Assembly: GCA_964016885.1 (NCBI GenBank)
Contig: OZ024740.1
Coordinates: 334,986,001 to 335,050,000 of the forward strand
Source of the DNA: Eledone cirrhosa
Taxonomy: Eukaryota
Direction: 5' to 3'
Length of the DNA stretch: 64,000 bases
The translations under genes were made by a program, and so were the position numbers. Position 1 is the stretch's first letter; every line of letters starts with the position of its first letter. This document shows, piece by piece, positions 1-13,758 of this stretch. The notes under the pieces were generated by a model that had not been told where the DNA came from, searched no databases, and saw only the letters and a program-made list of their open reading frames with translations.

Positions 1-256
1 CTCATAAATATAATTTTAATTATGGCTAAATTGTGAATCATATTACTTAGAACCTAACTGTTTTTTTTTCGTGTTCCTATGACAGCAAACGCGGAACTAC
101 GAAACAAAAAGACGTAAATATATATGTACAGAGAGAGTAAGAATGAGAGAGTGAAAAAAGAGTAAAAGAGAGTTGTTGAGGAAGACGAGAAGACCAAAGA
201 TTTGGGGAGTAATCAATATCTAGGGAGCTATAGAGTGGGTATAGTCATAGGTATAA

Positions 257-387
<131 letters not shown>

Positions 388-1467
388 CAATTAAGTTAAA
401 AATGTACATCTACATATGCATACTGAAATACTAGTATGCATATGAATACACACACGTATACATATGTAGATGTACCAAGTCTTTCACTGGTTACTTTACT
501 GTGAGCAACCCAGCTATTCTGTATGTAAACACACAGACAAACCGGTTTTTATAGTCATACTGGTTTTCGAGGAAACGCCTTTCCTCTATTCTCCAGAAAG
601 CCAGACAAGGAATATTGAACTAGTTTCGTTGTTGTTACAACTCATCAGCAATATTTACCTATCTACCGGCCTTTCTGGAGAATCGTAAAAGCACATATCG
701 TTATATGCTTTTTCTATGAAAATTAGTAGTGGGCAAACTAATTTGCATAGAGTGTGAGTACGCACCGGTTCAGCGGAGACGATAAAAACAAATAACGAAA
801 CGAAATTAAATTTCGCTTCGTTTGTAACTCATATATATATGGGGGTGGCGTATTATCGTATTTTTATTACATATATATATATGTTTTACCGGCGTGTTGA
901 GTCTAATATAGATTGTTGACTAACAATTTCTAAGAGTGAACATTTGATCCTTGTACCACTCAAATTTGAACCTCTAATTGGAAATAAATATCATTCAGAT
1001 TTTTTATACGAACATAACAATTCAGTTTTCGGTAATCAAATGACTAATGTTATAATCAGACTCTTAATAAAGTCTTATATAGATGCATAAAAGTAATTGG
1101 CATTCTATATTTCGTGAATATATAATGATTTATTTGCCCATGTGTAAGACCTCCATATTGTCAAACTATACACCATCTAGTCAGCATATTTCTGTTATTT
1201 AGCAGGAATCCTAAACTTAATCATATCAAAAGCTGTGAAGTTTCGTTGTCAATATGAACGCAATAATTATGTTGCTCATTGATTTATTGCAACACAGCCA
1301 CGATCAGCAGTTATATAATATTCATATAAATGAGCCAGAACAATGTTATTTATTGCTTTCCCATGACATACAACAATCCACTGTAGGATTAATACTAACT
1401 AGAATACTTCCATAAGAAATACGAAATGACAATTCATTCTGAACAATCGTTATGGTGATGCCCAAAC

Positions 1468-1547
<80 letters not shown>

Positions 1548-1591
1548 ATTGGTGCTCTGAAATAACAATGTATACATGAATGTATGTATAG

Positions 1592-1751
1592 TATATTTGG
1601 CAATATACCGTATGTTTAATTTTAAAACCTTTCGAAGATCATACGCTATCTGTTTTTAAGAAGTAAGTGACATAGTCACTACTTTAAAACCGATAGCGTA
1701 TGGTCTTCAAATTTTTTTTAATTAAACATACGGTATATTGCCAAATAGTAT
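1592..1751. repeat. Short imperfect fold-back (palindromic) element next to TA repeats
   Basis: atttggcaatataccgtatgtttaatt...gatcatacgctatc pairs with gatagcgtatggtc...aattaaacatacggtatattgccaaat; centre near 1670. Confidence 0.8.
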
Positions 1752-2538
1752 ATATATATATGTTCAATTTCAATGTACTAAATCTGAACAAACACAAATT
1801 TAAAACAAACGAGAGTGGGGAATAAAATTTGGGATTACTTCCATGACTTCATCTTAATGCGTACCATGCATCTTAAAAGAAACATTAGCTATAATCCAAA
1901 TGCTAGACATAGTAAGACGTCTTATTTTATTAAATAAATTGGATATGAATTCTATGCAATATCCCAGACAGAGATATAATGTTACAGCGTGCTTTCATGT
2001 TAAACATCAATGCGATGTAACTTTAGCAAATGTTTGGACAACACCGAAAATGATCTTAAGACCATTTGGTCATTGGTTGCAGTGACTAAAACACTCGTTG
2101 CGATCATTTGCGACAGACTACTGATATGAGCCTATCGTCAAACGTTACATCCACCAAATTCAGAGATCTTGACTAAATATATAAATTAATGCATTCTATA
2201 TTACAATGATATCATATACAACTTACATTATCCATCGTCAGATATTCACGAAATGGGGAATAAATACCAGATAAATCTTCTATAAATGATACGTAGTAAT
2301 CGGAGGTTACATTAAAGAAACTTCCCATCAAATATTATGTGGTTAGAGAAGAATCAGTAGACAGATTTTACGGACAAGGCCAACTGCAGAGACCCAGATG
2401 TAGACCGCAAGCAACATGATTGGATAACATCCATGAGGTCGCAGTGTGTCTTCTGGGGCACAGCGGGATCATTTGGCGACGGCTGCTTCTAGTATGACAC
2501 ATTGAGAGGCGAGTTTTTGTTTGTGTATGAGAGAGGGG

Positions 2539-2646
<108 letters not shown>

Positions 2647-3291
2647 ATATGTGTGTGTGCATATGTGAGTATCAAGTGAGAACGATAATAATTAGTCATT
2701 AAAACTATTTAGACATGGCGGACAGAAAAATAATCGAAAAATTACTTTCTTTTTTAAATGTCAGAGGATACAACAAAATTTAGATGAAAGTGGAACAGCA
2801 ACAATGTGGTAAACCTCCCTGTCCTGAGACAAAGGGCAAATTGAGACGACATATTAGTGATAACACAGAGGGAAGAAAGAAAGAGAGGACATTGTCCCTC
2901 AGAGAGAGAAATGAAATATATCATCCAACTACATCTGAGGCACATGGTAAAGGGTGAGAACCCAATGACTGGTGTCAATGAATGAAAAGAAATGGGATAC
3001 AATCAGCATCGTCCAATGAGGCTACTGGCGTGAAACGTCAAAGAAAAGGAGTGAAAAAGGTACTCAAGGTGAGAGAGGGATGCATGAGATCACAGTTAGA
3101 AATGGTGAAACATAAAATCAGGGAGACAAATGATTGTGTAGCGTTAATAAATATAAAGTTAAAATTTGATAGGACAAAACGAACAACTACTAATAACGGG
3201 TGATCCTAAGTTTTTGTTGGTATCACAACCAGAATGATGGGCCAAAATTATACCCATTTTATACAGAAAATATGACACGAAAAGAATATAT

Positions 3292-3778
3292 AACTATCTA
3301 AGGCGGGTAAAATTCCCGAGATCCATGGACGAGTCCTCTCCAGTGGTCTCTGTCTCTCATCATCGCTGCCATGTCCTACATCTCCAAGAGACCAGTGTCT
3401 GTCCGTAGGGCACCAACATATGTCAACCTCGGTCTTCTTCTTCCATTGTGTCCATGCAGGGTCTCCCACAGGAGCACTGAGTGCAGTGTCAACACTGGAT
3501 GTCGGTGAGCAAGTCCAGCTAACCTTAGTCTCATCTGTGCTACATTCGAGCTGATTTTTGGGAGGCTCCCGTACAGCTCTAAGTTCTTCATCCTCAGTGT
3601 ATACTGATTAATGTTCAAAGCCATCCTCAGCATTCTCGTGTAGCACCCATCCACCATCTGAGTGAGTTTCTTCGTCAGTGTCCAAGTCTCAGACCGATAC
3701 TTCAGCACAGACTCCACTACAGCAACGAAGAGACGGATCTTCAGGTCTTTACGAAAGGTCCGACTTCCACACCGATCC
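3292..3778 (-). mobile_element. RTE-clade LINE, 3' fragment (C-terminal part of RT ORF)
   Basis: LKIRLFVAVVESVLKY.SETWTLTKK..DGCYTRMLRMAL...RLRLAG..HRH...GRRRPRLTY is a typical RTE C-terminus; close paralog at 50528-50986. Confidence 0.85.
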
Positions 3779-3783
3779 CCAAT

Positions 3784-3976
3784 TTTGCTCTTCCTCTCGA
3801 CCACATCATCCTCTGTATTCCTAATCTTTGCTCTGAGATACAGGAATTCTCCAAACAATTCTAGAGTCAGAGAAGATTACTAATGTAGGTGGGAAGCCAC
3901 TAGAATTGGTTGGGTAATTTCTGTATCTCAGAGCAAAGATTGGGAATACAGAAGATGATGTGGTCGAGAGGAAGAG

Positions 3977-3980
<4 letters not shown>
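3784..3980. repeat. Fold-back element (about 80-bp arms, about 35-bp spacer) fused to the RTE fragment and ending in (TA)n
   Basis: ttgctcttcctctcgaccacatcatc..ctgagatacaggaatt..aattctag is the reverse complement of ctagaatt..aatttctgtatctcag..gatgatgtggtcgagaggaagagcaa. Confidence 0.8.
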
Positions 3981-4016
<36 letters not shown>

Positions 4017-4023
<7 letters not shown>

Positions 4024-4165
4024 TATCAGATTAAGTTTTAAGCAAAGATCGCTGCTTTCACCTTGAACGGGCTCTTCTGAAGCAGTTATTTTAATAAATA
4101 TTTGCTCTATGGTTTTTATCCTTATCGAGCCCTCTTTGGATTCCACATTGGTCTTCACATTTATA
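4017..4165. mobile_element. Mini-insertion of the Hydra-like PLE family: inverted pLTR end with variant hammerhead plus sense tail
   Basis: 4017-4084 matches 10048-10114 and 52124-52191; 4085-4165 matches 11322-11415 (gttattttaataaatatttgctct...ccttatcgagccctctttggatt). Confidence 0.8.
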
Positions 4166-4264
4166 TGTATATATATGTGCGTGTGTGTCTGTGTCTCTGT
4201 ATATATGTGTGTTTGTGTGTGTGCGTGTGTGCGTGTGTGTGTGTGTGTGTGTATGTGTGTGTGG

Positions 4265-4350
<86 letters not shown>

Positions 4351-4515
4351 CTGTGCGAGAGTGAGTGCGTGTGTGTTAGTGTGTGTGGAGAGATAGATAG
4401 ATGGAGAACCAGAAACATAAAGTGAGGAACAAAAGAATCAAAGAACCAGCTGGATGGATAAAAGACAGATATTGATCGACATAGATACATGGGTATCGCT
4501 CACTCTCTCTCCTAT

Positions 4516-4569
<54 letters not shown>

Positions 4570-4577
<8 letters not shown>

Positions 4578-6305
4578 ACAGACTCCAAACAGTATCTTCC
4601 TAGACACGGCAAATTGAGCATTCCCTACAACCTATCAAAAAGCATCTGCACAATAGTATCAGTTAAATACACATACTACATACGACTAGAAGAATTAAAG
4701 AACATACTTATTAGCAGGAATTACCCCCCCCCCATCCCTAATCAACAATGGAACTTAGACACTCCAAACCAAGAAATGAATCAAATCTGAAAACTCTACC
4801 ATACATCTCCACACACATGTCCCTTAACAATGAGGCATTCAACACCATCTTCTTGAACATACTAAAAAGAGACCTAAGAATGAACCAAATCTTCCAAACG
4901 CACAATATCCAAAAGAGCAAAAGGCAACCTAAATCAATAAAAATCATCCTTACAGAGGCCAAAGACCAGCCGACCCCCACAATGAACCCTACAGTAAAAG
5001 AAAATGCAGAAGACTCAACTGTGGTATAAGTACCAATCTAATAGAGGAATCGGAGTTCCATTCCAACCATGGATAACACTTTACAGTTAAGTGCAATTTC
5101 ACATGTGCATAGGACATACCAAGGACATACCAAAGGACATACCAAAAACAGCTTCCGACAGCGTATTACCGTCCATAGCTCCCATATCAAAATATGGGTA
5201 TACAGAAAGATAGCACTAAGTGAACACATCGCGACCTGCGCATCCAATGAACAACCCAATTTTAGTATTTTTCCCATCTACAAATTCAAAGGCAACGCTT
5301 CGTACATACAACTCATTAGCAAGGAATCACAATTTACAGCCAAATACGAACCCCTTTTAAATGCTTCCAATTCGGACTAAACCAAAGCTGGCACGCTTTA
5401 AAATCAACACCCTAGACAAGATTCCAGCAACCTCTGACAACTATATAATGCAGACTAAATAACCACATAGTAACACTCACATCAGCAAGTCCTGCTGCAG
5501 GACCTGCATGAAGATAATCGGACAAATGGAAACATGCAGGTGCCAAACTAAATGCTTTACACTCTCCTGAATCTGGAAGCTTCTGCTGAAGATAGAATGG
5601 GTATTCCAATGGCTCTGAACACATCTTTGTAGCCAAATTTTTGCCATCCCCTTAAATCTAAAATACTACTAGGGATGGAATTAATATTTCAATAACTGTA
5701 AATCTTCTTTATGGCAAAAAAAAACAAGGTCAATATTGATGAATTGATGTGTTCGTCTAAGAAAAAATACAACGTTAGATATTTATAGAAGCAAGAATCC
5801 CCCCCCCCCCACACACACACACGGTCAACTATAAGGTCAATCAGCCTTTCATACCAATCCCAGCCAAAACTTGTATCCAATATTCAAATTGTCCCACATA
5901 GCAGTCTGCAGCCACAACAACCTTCCCCTACCTCCTCCCTCTCCTTCTCCTCTTCCTCTCCCCTCCTGTTTATACCCTCTTCAGTCACAACAATGCCATT
6001 AGCAGAGAAGGATGGACTGACAAAATGACTTTCTTCTCTGAAGGACCATGTATGTGAAAATTAACTTTTTCTTCCCCTCTGTATATGTATATATAAATAT
6101 TCGTTTTTGATATTATCATTATCTTCACTATTTGTACAAATATGCAACTTAACAATATTCACCATATCCGGAATTGACAATGCATTTAATGCTGAAACCG
6201 GTATTTCAAATTTCACTAAAAATATCTCTTCAACATTTTCTACAGGAAAAATATTTTTCCTTTCTACTATATCAACACGTGTGTTGCCTTTCTACATTCG
6301 ATGTA
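4570..6305 (+). mobile_element. Decayed 5'-truncated Penelope-like element (RT thumb, C-terminal GIY-YIG endonuclease, 3' pLTR), flanked by (TA)n on both sides
   Basis: YKPTDSKQYL..IPYNLSK.ICTIVS...RNYP, PYISTH, KSKRQPKS, GHTKNSFRQRITVH..LSEHIATC..FSIFPIYKF..KESQF..KYEPLLN; hammerhead motif at 6170-6207. Confidence 0.85.
6170..6207 (+). ncRNA. Minimal type-I hammerhead ribozyme motif, U3-A8 core variant
   Basis: ggaa-TTGACAA-t gcat tta atgc t-GAAA-ccgg-TA-tttc: 4-bp stem I (one G.U), palindromic ACCGGT helix/loop 3, GUA triplet. Confidence 0.6.
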
Positions 6306-6310
6306 TATAT

Positions 6311-6421
<111 letters not shown>

Positions 6422-6424
6422 CGA

Positions 6425-6462
<38 letters not shown>

Positions 6463-7478
6463 GATGATGCATTATTACGGCAACTCTTGCCGTTTGAACA
6501 TGCTATTACAAGTGTTCCCATTGAAAAATCTTGTGATAGCAAATTGAAATAGTAAGGATCCCCGTTTGGATTCTTCCGCTTTAATATAACTACTCAGGAT
6601 TTCAGATTTGCATTGAGCTTCCTACTAGCCAATCCCAGTTAAAATCTTGACATTTGTTACCGACGTCTGAGCTGAAGTTTGCAAGCATCATACAGTAACA
6701 CATTTTATGATACACATTGAAGATAAAGATATAGACAAGCTCTTTATTTAACTCTTCATAGGTCTGCTCAATCATGGTTGACCTATGGATACACAACAAC
6801 GAATTCCGTGACAGACATATTGCTCAGATTCATTCATTTTATGGTGTTTTTTTTGTTTTTAGGTGATTTTCACGATATAATTTTTATTTAAAATATCGGG
6901 AATTTTATTGAATGTAAGAGGTCTATAAAACCTTTCATGTTGGAAAGGCATTTTTATTTCTAAATCGTTTTAGCTTTAGTATTAAATACGGAACAGATAT
7001 AGGAAATATTACTTTGTTTTATTTTTTAATACTTTATCGATCATAAAAACGTGACCAAATTTTTTTCCCTGATACTTTTCAATTAATCTGTCAAATATAT
7101 TGCCGTCATCTTTAATTTATACAGAACATATGAATGACATTTATAGTCAATAATTCACCAAATTTTGAAATAGAAAGTAGAATCTATAGAAAATAATGTT
7201 TGTTTTTCTAGTTATAATGTCTACTTGAATTGAATAAAAATATAACTAAGCGTTCTGACACAATGGATGAAAACGAAAGTACATTCTTGCTGTAATTTGT
7301 TACTCGTCACAATTTTTAATATTTCTGAATCATTCATCATTAAGAAAATAATTAAGACACTAAATACAGCGGACAATACCTAAATATTCTGATAGAAAAA
7401 AAACAATTTCAATACAACACAATCATAGTCAAGCACATATGTACATACCCGCTCACCAAAGTACGCACACTACAAACA

Positions 7479-7627
<149 letters not shown>

Positions 7628-7684
7628 TTTTAGCATTTCGATGCTGATAAAAGAGTTATGATTCCAGCATTAGGTCAATTTTCC

Positions 7685-7763
<79 letters not shown>

Positions 7764-7812
7764 ACACAGACACACACTCTCTATTTTGTTGTATTTCTCT
7801 GTCATGTTGGAT

Positions 7813-7864
<52 letters not shown>

Positions 7865-7873
7865 CTGTGTCTC

Positions 7874-7907
<34 letters not shown>

Positions 7908-8313
7908 CGGACATACATCAGGCTCACACACACATATATGTGTGTGGTAGTGTGTGTGTGCGTATGTGTGTGTGTGGATCTATATATGTACATATATGTG
8001 TGTGGGTGTGCTTGTGTGTACATTAATAACTGATAATTCACCAGATTCAACAACCGATGTTGGTCTGGCTGTCTATGAAGGATTCGACGCATGTAACCTC
8101 ACCAGGTAAAGAGAGCCGAAACATGCATTAATAATTATGACAGGCGAGAAAGACGTATCAATTTAGCATCAAATACATATTCTAGTCACAGGTGACGTGT
8201 GATTCGCAATCGATCAAATGCAATGAATAACATGACATGACAACGAAATATGAATTGGTAACAACTTAAGCATATATAACGCAGTTCAGAGATATCTACA
8301 GTTATTCTGGAAT

Positions 8314-8407
8314 CCACACGTCTGATGAGCTGTCGATTTCAGAGTCAGGCCCGATTGATATTGATTCTCCCTTGAACTGATCGATCGCGAAACGCGCATC
8401 ATGTGGG
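8314..8407 (+). ncRNA. Degenerate minimal hammerhead ribozyme with long helix II
   Basis: ccacacgt-CTGATGA-gc...(about 60 nt)...gc-GAAAC-gcgc-ATC-atgtgg; palindromic gcgc loop, position 16.2 mismatched. Confidence 0.55.
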
Positions 8408-8961
8408 AATAAACATAATGATGCTATATCTCTCAATGCAAATGGATAATGCTCCGGGGTATTTAGTCATCTGTCAATCACACTGCCGCTTTTCACTTCT
8501 ATTCTCTACCCCTCTAATCGCATGATTTAGACTTTCTTCCCCGCACCCTTCGTTCTCCATTCAATATGTGGTTATATCTTAACCAGCATTTTCACTAAAC
8601 AATTTTATGAGAAGTCACCCCCCATACACACACATACACACACACAAACCTATATATATTAGAATGGATATATGTGGCTCAATCAAGAAATAATTAAGCA
8701 AATAATCATGATTATTTATGTAGTTGATTTCTACAGACTAGGGAGAAGAAAGACTGTATATATTTTATCTAATAATTCTTCAAACTTGCAATTTTATATA
8801 TAGCTCTGATTAATGATTATTTGCTTAATTAATTCTTCATTGAACCACACCGTGAAAGGTAGCCACACTCATATATTTATCTGTGACTATATCCAATTTA
8901 ATACACATATATCCCTATGAATTATATATATATATTTATATATATACATACATACACACAA

Positions 8962-9002
<41 letters not shown>

Positions 9003-9465
9003 TATACACATATATATACACATATATATACATATATATATATGTATACATATATATACTTATATATATATATTTTTAAATTTTAATTTTTTTAATTATT
9101 TTTAATTGTTATTAATTTTTTTTTTTTTTTTTAGTATTCCTTTTTTCTTTAACACCTTGACTGATTCCTTCACATGCATCTATCTCTTATGTGATTACTT
9201 CAGTTTGTTTTATTTTTCATTATTTTTCCTTGTTTTTCCTTATTTTTCATTACTCTGACTAACAACCTTATTATGTATCATCTCCATTCTCACTATTATC
9301 CTATGATCCTGTACCATATATCTATTGTTTTTATGATGTAGGTCGGTAGAGCTTATCTTCATTATTGTATTTTTGTTTTCAACGCTCTTATGAAACACTG
9401 TCAGCGAATAAAAATTGATTGATGTTATAAGCGCTCTTTGTTTTCTCTTACTATATATACATATA

Positions 9466-9539
<74 letters not shown>

Positions 9540-9542
<3 letters not shown>

Positions 9543-9722
9543 TTAATATAGATGAGATTCTACAGGACTAGAACTGTTTCATTCTTTAGAAATCATCAGG
9601 ATTTCTAAAGAATGAAACAGTTCTAGTCCTGTAGAATCTCATCTATATTAAAACTGTTATACTTTGCGATGTATTGAGTACCTTACTTACTGTGGTTACC
9701 TCCGATTCAACCCGGAATAACG

Positions 9723-9723
<1 letters not shown>
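9540..9723. mobile_element. Fold-back PLE-derived mini-element (family A) with hammerhead halves and 3' tail, in (TA)n
   Basis: gttttaatatagatgagattctacaggactagaactgtttcattctttagaaatc inverted at about 9600-9655; tail gtattgagtaccttacttactgtggttacctccgattcaacccggaataacg; same family at 21345-21548 and 22298-22525. Confidence 0.85.
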
Positions 9724-9754
<31 letters not shown>

Positions 9755-9867
9755 TAAAAGGAATTCCAACTTTGTCTGATTGACTCGTTTTATTTACAAT
9801 CCTTTAAAATTTATAATGGTATTATAATGAAATAGTATGATAGAATATTAAATGTTAAGTGTTAATT

Positions 9868-9904
9868 GAACAAGTACTTTCATGCTTTCGCAATCTTCAG
9901 GTTC
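9868..9904 (-). ncRNA. Minimal type-I hammerhead ribozyme motif
   Basis: Minus strand: gaac-CTGAAGA-t tgc gaaa gca t-GAAA-gtac-TT-gttc; palindromic AGTACT helix/loop 3. Confidence 0.7.
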
Positions 9905-9951
9905 TTAATGTGTGGTGACAGTCAAGTTCGCAATTTTCAACTGTTATTTTA

Positions 9952-10043
<92 letters not shown>

Positions 10044-10063
10044 TTATTAATATAACAGTTTAA

Positions 10064-10114
10064 AGTTTAAGCAAAGAATCGCTGCTTTCACCCTTAACGG
10101 GATCTTCTGAAACT
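10064..10114 (-). ncRNA. Hammerhead-like motif with CAGAAGA (U4->A) core in the Hydra-like pLTR
   Basis: Minus strand: agttt-CAGAAGA-t ccc gttaa ggg t-GAAA-gca gcgattctt tgc-TT-aaact; all three helices form; repeated at 4034-4084(-), 11265-11313(+, degenerate) and 52141-52191(-). Confidence 0.6.
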
Positions 10115-11468
10115 AAAAAATCAATCTGTGAACGCAGAAGTAACTATTTAGAAAACTGTTGCAGCCGAAGGAAGACAGGAAGACGATACTTTGGTCCGTC
10201 GAGACGATCCCTGACAAAGAACGCTAAAAACGAAGATAATACGTCCTTATTTAGAACAATCCCATCAAATACAAAATCATAATTATGGTATAACTGAAGT
10301 TGTAGACTAAAATTCTATTTAGGAAACCGAATGGTTCTCGGCTTCAGAGTTAAGAATAATGTAATAAAATACAGAGGTTATTGAAATCAACAATAATTAT
10401 ATATATACATGCACGCATCTGTATACGTACATACACATGCATACGCGAAAACACCCGCCATGGGTATGCAAATACAGGCACGTGCACATAAACACGCGCA
10501 CACATACAAAAAATCCGCGCAACGCCTGTACCCGCACACACACGAACGTATACACCAGATACACAATAAAACATATATGAAAAAAACAAATATATATATG
10601 CGTGTGTGTATGTGTGCGTATACATATAATTATATCAACGTATATAAATATACACACATAAATACGCATATATATCGCGCACACACATACCTACATGTAA
10701 ATACACATATGTTCGCTAAATACGTCAACCAAATCACAAAGTACACATATACACACACCCTACATACGTGCAAACCCGCTGTGCGTGTACAGGCGTTGCG
10801 TGGGTTTTTGTATGTGTGCGCGTGTTTATGTGCACGTGCCTGTATTTACATACCCATGGCGGGTGTTTTCGCGTATGCATGTGTATGTACGTATACGGAT
10901 GCGTGCATGTATATATTTAATTATTGTTGATTTCAAAACCTCTGTATTTTATTACATTATTCTTAACTCTGAAGCCGAGAACCATTCGGTTTCCTAAATA
11001 GAATTTTAGTCTACTACTTCAGTTATACCATAAACGTGGTTTTGTATTTGCGTGTAATTTTCTCTCGCTCCACATAATAACGTTTTATCTTCGTTTTGTC
11101 CGTTCATTGCCAGAGAACGTCTCCACGAACCACTTAGTTGAATAATTGTCTACGACTTCATTTATACCATAAACGTGGTTTTGTCTTTGCGTCTTCTCAC
11201 CGTTCTTTCGGTTGCAACGTTTTTCGAAATATTTACTTCTGCGTTCACAGATTGATTTTTTTTTGTTTCAGAAAATCCTGTTATGTGTGAAAACAGCGAT
11301 TCTGTGCTTAAACTTTAATCTGTTATTTTAATAAATATTTGCTCTACGGTTCTTATATATTTGATATATATTTATCCTTATCGAGCCCTCTTTGGATTTT
11401 AGTCTTCAAATTTATTATTATTACTATTTGGCTCCCTCGGTGGAGCACTCTATTGACTTATATTCATC

Positions 11469-13523
11469 ATGCAGAAACGAAATCTGAATATTTCTACAAA
11501 GAACATACCCGTACCAAGCAGGAAGAAATACCTAAAACTCCTGATACAGAAAACAGACTCGTTCATTAAAAGGTTGCGTTGGCGCGCCTTTTATTTCGAT
11601 AATCAGGGAAAGGCGGACAACAACCAGGATACATTTGGGTTTAAAACCTAAAATAACCCTCCGAGTAACCCAGCATTTGTACCCTTCGAAAATGACGTCT
11701 TGGAACTCATACGGAGTATGAAATTTCGGAATAGGAGCAATTCCTTCCAGCAGAACCTGAAGAATAGAATTCCTTCTATTAAGGATTATAATGCCGTCCA
11801 CGTTCACTCCGACAAAACTGTCAATCTATATCAAGTGGAGCCCAGAACTACCATCAACTGCTACATAATGATGTAACTAAGGATTACCGTAAAAATAATC
11901 GGAGTGTCATTAATGACATCAACGATGCTGGGTTTAAAATCACCTCTGATCTCAACATCATGGACTGGACAGAATCTCTGGACCCTATTTCTCCCCACTT
12001 TACCATGACGGGTCACAAATACAATTTCCCGAACAACCCCTCTATTCGTCTTATTACTGCTACGAAGTCTGATGTAGGTAGACTTAGTAAAAGGATTTTA
12101 GATAGAATTATACCTGAAATTAGAAGCTTGGCCCCTCTTGCACTGTGGAACAATTCTTTCGCGGTGATTGATTGGTTCAACGGCATATGCAACAAGGAAC
12201 ATTGCCGTTTTATCCAATTCAACATTAATAATTACTACTCCTCCATCACGTTACCACTTCTTCTTAGAGCTATCAATTTCGATAAAACGCTCACGGTGGT
12301 TAAAGATTTCGAAGTTGATGTCATCCTCAATGCCCGTAAGTCGGGTATTAATTTAGATGACTCTATTTTTATTAAAAAATCAAATATTACCCCATTCCAC
12401 GTGTGTATGGAGGCCAGTGATTCTGCGGAGATTACTGATCTTATCGGCCTTTTCCTTCTTTTCACTATCAAGGAAGAATTCCCCAACGTGGGCGGTGGTT
12501 TGTACCGTGATGACGGTCTTTTGACCATGACAAAGTGCCGCCCACGTGTTGCCGACAGGTTCAGAAAAAGCCAACCTCTCGGCCGTTAATTACCTCGACG
12601 TTACCCTCAATTTGTCGAATGGCTTGCACTACCCATATAGAAAGCCGAATGATACGCTTAATTACATAAGTAAGCATTCTAACCATCCAGCCAGCATAAA
12701 CAAGAACCTGGTAAGAAACGTTTCTTTGAGGCTTTCCCGTCTATCTACAAACGAGCATATTTTCACCGACCATTCCACATATTACAATAAAGCTCTTGCT
12801 CGGAGTGGATTTGTCGATAAGGTAGCATATACAGAGTATGAGCTTAGTCCTAGGAAAAATAGATCCCAACGCATTATATGGTATAACCCACCATACAATA
12901 TGGAGGTGGCCACACCATTATCTAAGATCTTTCTCTACCTTATTATGAAGCATTTCCCCCCAGCACATAAATATAATAAAATGTTTATTAGAAATACCAT
13001 TAAAATTTCTTACTTTACGATTCCTAACCTTGAACATGACATCACTGCTTCAAATTTAGCTAAATTATCTAGCCGTAGGAACACGTGCAACCATGTAGAT
13101 AGTTCTAACTGTAATTGTAGTAAGCGGGTTGACTGCCCCATTTCCGGGAAATGCCTCTCTAGTAACTTTGTCTACAAATGTAAGGTTGAAACACCCACTT
13201 CCCGTAGGGCCTACATAGGGTTAACCGCCAATAGATTCAAGCAGCGTCTTTACATGCGTACCCATTCTTTTCGTAACCATTTAAGAAGGAATATGACGTC
13301 ACTTTCAGCTTATATCTGGAGTCTAAAAGACAACCACACCCAGTATAGGTTACACTGGGAGATCCTAGCTAGGGTTAGATCATATAACGGAAGTAAAAGA
13401 CCATGTGACCTCTGCGCCGCTGAAGCCCTGGAAATACTCTACGCCAATGACCACATCTTAAACAAAAAATCTGAGGCATTTTTGTCTTGTAAACATAAAT
13501 TGCACAAAACTTTCCTGCATTAG
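11469..13523 (+). pseudogene. Disrupted PLE polyprotein (RT plus C-terminal GIY-YIG endonuclease)
   Basis: N-terminus STKNIPVPSRKKYLKLLIQKTDSFIKRLRWRAFYF; RT F.I.NYYSSI, DSAEITDLIGLFLL, GLYRDDGL, NYLDVTL; linker CNCxxxxxCPISGKC; VYKC..YIGLT..FKQR; CDLC..E..I..LNKKSE..CKH. Stop at 11649-11651 and frameshifts near 11850 and 12570. Confidence 0.9.
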
Positions 13524-13758
13524 AGCCCCACATTATACCCTAACGGAGAGTACGAACTATACTCGGATTTATTTACGTCTTGATGTGGTAGCTAAGTATA
13601 TGTTATGTTTATACCATTACTTATTTGTATAGGTAATTATATATTACCTGTATGTTTTGTGAAGGTACGTATACTTTTCCTACGTATATTTGCTTCTATT
13701 TGTTGTGGGCTTATATATTATATTATATATACTGGTACATCTGTATATAATTATGTGT

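Noticed and set aside
6460-6830. Coding-looking stretch as a further receptor exon
   Set aside because: No iGluR motif or clear open spliceable frame recognised.
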